Source: an uncultured Bacilli bacterium
GTDB lineage: Bacteria > Bacillota_I > Bacilli_A > RF39 > UBA660
NCBI GenBank assembly: GCA_947627435.1
Contig: CANQWB010000001.1
Coordinates: 7,952 to 71,951, forward strand
Length of the DNA stretch: 64,000 bases
Direction: 5' to 3'
The position numbers and the translations under genes are program-made. Position 1 is the stretch's first letter. Every line of letters starts with the position of its first letter. Shown here one piece after another: positions 60,983 through 64,000 of this stretch. Below the pieces are notes generated by a model that did not search any database, had not been told where the DNA came from, and saw nothing but the letters and a program-made list of their open reading frames with translations.

Positions 60983-61058
60983 GGTTCCGTGGTGTAGCGG
61001 TTATCACGTCTGCCTGTCACGCAGAAGATCGCGAGTTCGATTCTCGTCGGAACCGCCA
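60983..61058 (+). tRNA. tRNA-Asp (anticodon GTC)
   Basis: Acceptor GGTTCCG/CGGAACC, anticodon loop CTGTCAC, CCA. Confidence 0.9.
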
Positions 61059-61067
61059 TTTATTGTT

Positions 61068-61143
61068 GGCTCTGTAGCTCAGTCGGTAGAGCAAGGGACT
61101 GAAAATCCCTGCGTCGGTGGTTCGATTCCACTCGGAGCCACCA
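61068..61143 (+). tRNA. tRNA-Phe (anticodon GAA)
   Basis: Acceptor GGCTCTG/CGGAGCC, anticodon stem AGGGA/TCCCT loop CTGAAAA, CCA. Confidence 0.9.
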
Positions 61144-61323
61144 TTTAAAAAATTAGAAACTGGAGTAATCTAGTTTTTATGTGTGCCAATAACTATCTTT
61201 ATTGGCAATCGTACAAGCTTGTACATTTTATGATTTAGTAAAAAATACTAAATTTTATTTTGTAAATAGCTAAAAAGTAGTAATGGAGGAATTATATTGA
61301 ATAGTAGAATGTGAGGAGATTTT

Positions 61324-62085
61324 ATGAGTAAAAATGTTTTGGATGCAGTAATTGATGTAAAAACTTTAAAATTAAAAATAACTTGTTATTTATCAGCCAC
61401 TATACTAGTGTTAACAGGACCATTTAAATTGCATAAAGAATGTGAATATTTAAATGACAAAAATAATATAGTAACAACTACCGCTGATAAAACGTATCCA
61501 ACTTCATCAAAATCTACAGTAAATTCTATTATGAATGAAACAACTGTTGTGCAAGATGATAGTAATATCGCGGAAAAAGAAGTAAGTATGGAGGAAAAAG
61601 TAAATTATATTTTAGAACACTATGATTTAACACTTGAACAATTTGAAGTGATTGTCGCAGTTGTTTTGGCCGAGTCCAAAGGAGCAGGAACATGTTATGA
61701 AGATGCTTATGCGGTTATTAGTACTATATACAACCGTACATTAAGTAAAAAATGGAATGATACTGTAGAACAATGTATGGGTGACGGCACAGGTTCAAAT
61801 TTATATTATCAAGTGATAACTCCTGGTCAATTTAGTACTTATGCAGATGAAAAGTATCTTGAATTTTTAGGTGTCACGAATGGCAATGGATATCAAGCAA
61901 TTATTGATCTTCTTTATACAGAGCAACCAGTTCACTCATTTTTATCATTTCGCGCAAGTGATCAAAAAGCTGATAATCGCACTCAATTTATATCTGGTGG
62001 CAATTGGTATTTTAGTGAATTGGAAACTGAAGATCGAATAGATGGCTGTGTAAAATGTTTAGAATATAATAATTATAATAGATGA
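61324..62085 (+). CDS. cell wall hydrolase, SleB/CwlJ family (Hydrolase_2 domain) with N-terminal signal/anchor
   Basis: VIVAVVLAESKGAGTCYEDAYAVISTIYNRT...QVITPGQFSTYAD parallels the SleB C-terminal catalytic domain (AEARGE..NR..QFS motif set). Confidence 0.65.
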   Translation: MSKNVLDAVIDVKTLKLKITCYLSATILVLTGPFKLHKECEYLNDKNNIVTTTADKTYPTSSKSTVNSIMNETTVVQDDSNIAEKEVSMEEKVNYILEHYDLTLEQFEVIVAVVLAESKGAGTCYEDAYAVISTIYNRTLSKKWNDTVEQCMGDGTGSNLYYQVITPGQFSTYADEKYLEFLGVTNGNGYQAIIDLLYTEQPVHSFLSFRASDQKADNRTQFISGGNWYFSELETEDRIDGCVKCLEYNNYNR

Positions 62086-62241
62086 AAACAGGTATGATGT
62101 TTAGTAAAGAGCATATAATTATATGGAAAATAAAAAAATTTAAATTAAGGGTTGCGAAAGTTCAGGAAATATGGTAACATAATAATTGTATTTAGTAGAA
62201 AGGACAAATTTTCCTTTCTCTATAGTATCATATATGTGCCT

Positions 62242-62318
62242 GCGCTCGTAGCTCAGCTGGATAGAGTGTTTGGCTACGAACCAAAAGGTCAGGGGTTCGA
62301 ATCCCTTCGAGCGCACCA
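62242..62318 (+). tRNA. tRNA-Arg (anticodon ACG)
   Basis: Acceptor GCGCTCG/CGAGCGC, anticodon stem TTTGG/CCAAA loop CTACGAA, CCA. Confidence 0.9.
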
Positions 62319-62323
62319 TATTT

Positions 62324-62400
62324 CGGGAAATGGCTCAACTTGGTAGAGCACTTGGTTTGGGACCAAGGGGTTGCAGGTTCAAATCCTGTTTTCCCGACCA
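62324..62400 (+). tRNA. tRNA-Pro (anticodon TGG)
   Basis: Acceptor CGGGAAA/TTTCCCG, anticodon stem CTTGG/CCAAG loop TTTGGGA, CCA. Confidence 0.9.
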
Positions 62401-62488
62401 TTTTGTTTAAAATACCCCCTAAAAATCAAAAATAAAGGGTGTTTTAAAATAAACTTGATTAAATTAGTGACGAACGCCAATTCAAATA

Positions 62489-63421
62489 CTAATTTAATCT
62501 TAAATGATTGAGAGTTGAAATAACTCTTTTTTCTTTATTTGGTAAATTTCTTAAATAGGTATCAATTGTTATAGATATATTAGAATGTCCTAATCTATTT
62601 GATATTTCGCTAATAGGAACATCATTCATGTATAATAAACAAGCATGAGAATGTCTAAATTCATGTAATTTTATTCTTTTTACTTTAGACAAATCACAAT
62701 ATTTATTTTTATATCTAGTAATTGTAGTAATACTTAATGTTTTGATTCCACCAAAGATATAATAATTATTATTAAAGTTAGTATCATTTTTTTCATAATA
62801 AATTTTTAAATTGTATAAATCTTTAATCATATGATCATCTAACATAATATATCTTGTTGAAGATTTAGTTTTAGGATTAGATATAATTTTATTTCCATTG
62901 TACAATTCTTTTGTAATTGTTTTATTTATATAAATCGTATTATTGTAAAAATTAATATCATTCCAATTTAAGGCCAATGCCTCTCCAATTCTAGCACCAG
63001 TAAAATATAAAAAACAAAATAAATTTTTAAAAATAATATTATCTACAGTTGATATAAATTTATTAAATTCTTCTAATTCAAGTATGTTTCCTTTTTGAAT
63101 AATATCATTATTTTTAAAATTTCCTACTATACTAGCAACATTTCTATCTAAATCTAAAAATTTAATACAGAAATTTAAAAATGATACAAAACAATAATGT
63201 ATAGTTTTCTTATAACTATATTTATAATTATGTTTACTTATTTCTATTTGCCAATCAATATAGTCTTTTTTTGTAAATTCAAAAATATTTTGTTCTTTTA
63301 GATAAGGTAGAATATGTAAATTAATTCTATTTTTGATTTTCATAATTGATTGTTCTTTATCCTTTAATTTAAGATAATTTAAATATTCTTCTATTGCCTC
63401 TTCGAACGTGATTTTTTTCAT
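62489..63421 (-). CDS. tyrosine-type site-specific integrase (phage integrase family)
   Basis: 310 aa; C-terminal catalytic LHEFRHSHACLLYMNDVPISEISNRLGHSNISITIDTYLR (H-x-x-R ... Y); lies 88 bp from the tRNA-Pro 3-prime end; extremely AT-rich. Confidence 0.8.
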   Translation of the reverse strand: MKKITFEEAIEEYLNYLKLKDKEQSIMKIKNRINLHILPYLKEQNIFEFTKKDYIDWQIEISKHNYKYSYKKTIHYCFVSFLNFCIKFLDLDRNVASIVGNFKNNDIIQKGNILELEEFNKFISTVDNIIFKNLFCFLYFTGARIGEALALNWNDINFYNNTIYINKTITKELYNGNKIISNPKTKSSTRYIMLDDHMIKDLYNLKIYYEKNDTNFNNNYYIFGGIKTLSITTITRYKNKYCDLSKVKRIKLHEFRHSHACLLYMNDVPISEISNRLGHSNISITIDTYLRNLPNKEKRVISTLNHLRLN

Positions 63422-63556
63422 ATAATTATAATTCCCCCTTTAAAAATGAAAAATGAAAAAATCGGGGTTTATTATACAAAAAAATCTATAATTGTCAAAT
63501 CCTCCTTTCTTATAATCTAAAATATCACATATTTTTGTAAAAAAAAATACTTTTTT

Positions 63557-63949
63557 TTAAAAAAGCATTTCTTTTAATTCTTCTTTTTCTTGATTCGTAA
63601 TCATAAAACCTTTTATAACATCTGATTTTCTCATCTTAAGACTTTCAAATGTACCATAATTATAAATAGGTAATTCATCATTTAAAGCACCTAAATATTT
63701 TGTAATATATCCGTTATAAACTCTACGATTAAAAAATCTTACTGTATCATATTCTGCGTTTGGATCTTCTTGTAGATCATTTTCATTATTTTTAGAGGAT
63801 ACAATATCAGTAGTAATTTTGAAAGTAACTTTTGATAAGAACGGTAATAATAAATATTGTTTTAATTCTATTACATTCCAAAATTCTTCCGAAACACATA
63901 ATACTCTTTTGATAACTCTAGATAATGATTGAGAATTGGTATAGATCAT
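63557..63949 (-). CDS. hypothetical protein (in the integrase-associated element)
   Basis: 130-aa ORF. Confidence 0.35.
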   Translation of the reverse strand: MIYTNSQSLSRVIKRVLCVSEEFWNVIELKQYLLLPFLSKVTFKITTDIVSSKNNENDLQEDPNAEYDTVRFFNRRVYNGYITKYLGALNDELPIYNYGTFESLKMRKSDVIKGFMITNQEKEELKEMLF

Positions 63950-64000
63950 GTTATATGAAAGATGTCTATGAACTTGAAAAAAATGTGCGATACAATCTGG

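Noticed and set aside
62152-62346. 64-aa ORF on the plus strand
   Set aside because: Overlaps tRNA-Arg and the start of tRNA-Pro; artefact of the long stop-free tRNA region.

Overview
This is a low-GC (about 27-30% GC) Firmicute chromosomal segment. cotJB/cotJC-like spore-coat genes indicate a spore-former; Erysipelotrichia/Clostridia-like is a guess from composition, not a database hit. Recognisable housekeeping backbone: cotJB-cotJC, ddl, a UvrD/HelD-like helicase followed by addB-addA, a Crp/Fnr regulator divergent from nrdD-nrdG-dut, a DHH phosphoesterase, a dtxR-like regulator divergent from feoA-feoB, a P-type Ca2+-ATPase, a LytTR regulator/AgrC-like kinase pair, csp, hpf, secA, trpS, a NifU-like protein, and a 12-tRNA cluster. 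Accessory content: (1) an integrative mobilizable element of about 10 kb (roughly 4044-14120) inserted inside a gene for an XRE-HTH::ABC-ATPase fusion. It encodes a large serine recombinase at one end, a MobV relaxase, SSB, HTH_36 proteins, XRE regulators, three paralogous membrane-anchored small proteins each near a perfect palindromic motif, and a 400-nt GC-rich structured non-coding island. (2) Two paralogous, mosaic 'modular prepilin' genes (class III signal peptide fused to a roughly 450-aa module), each behind a conserved leader with a 10-bp hairpin and a poly-G tract of different length (G10 vs G9). (3) An AT-rich island (47.7-54.4 kb) with a Cys-rich protein, a papain-like peptidase, a DNPH1-like N-glycosidase, a KilA-N protein and an amidase_2 protein, ending in an IS1202-group IS element with 29-bp target duplications. 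(4) A tyrosine integrase abutting tRNA-Pro at the window edge, marking the start of another integrated element. All calls come from reading the sequence and ORF translations by eye; no database searches were run.
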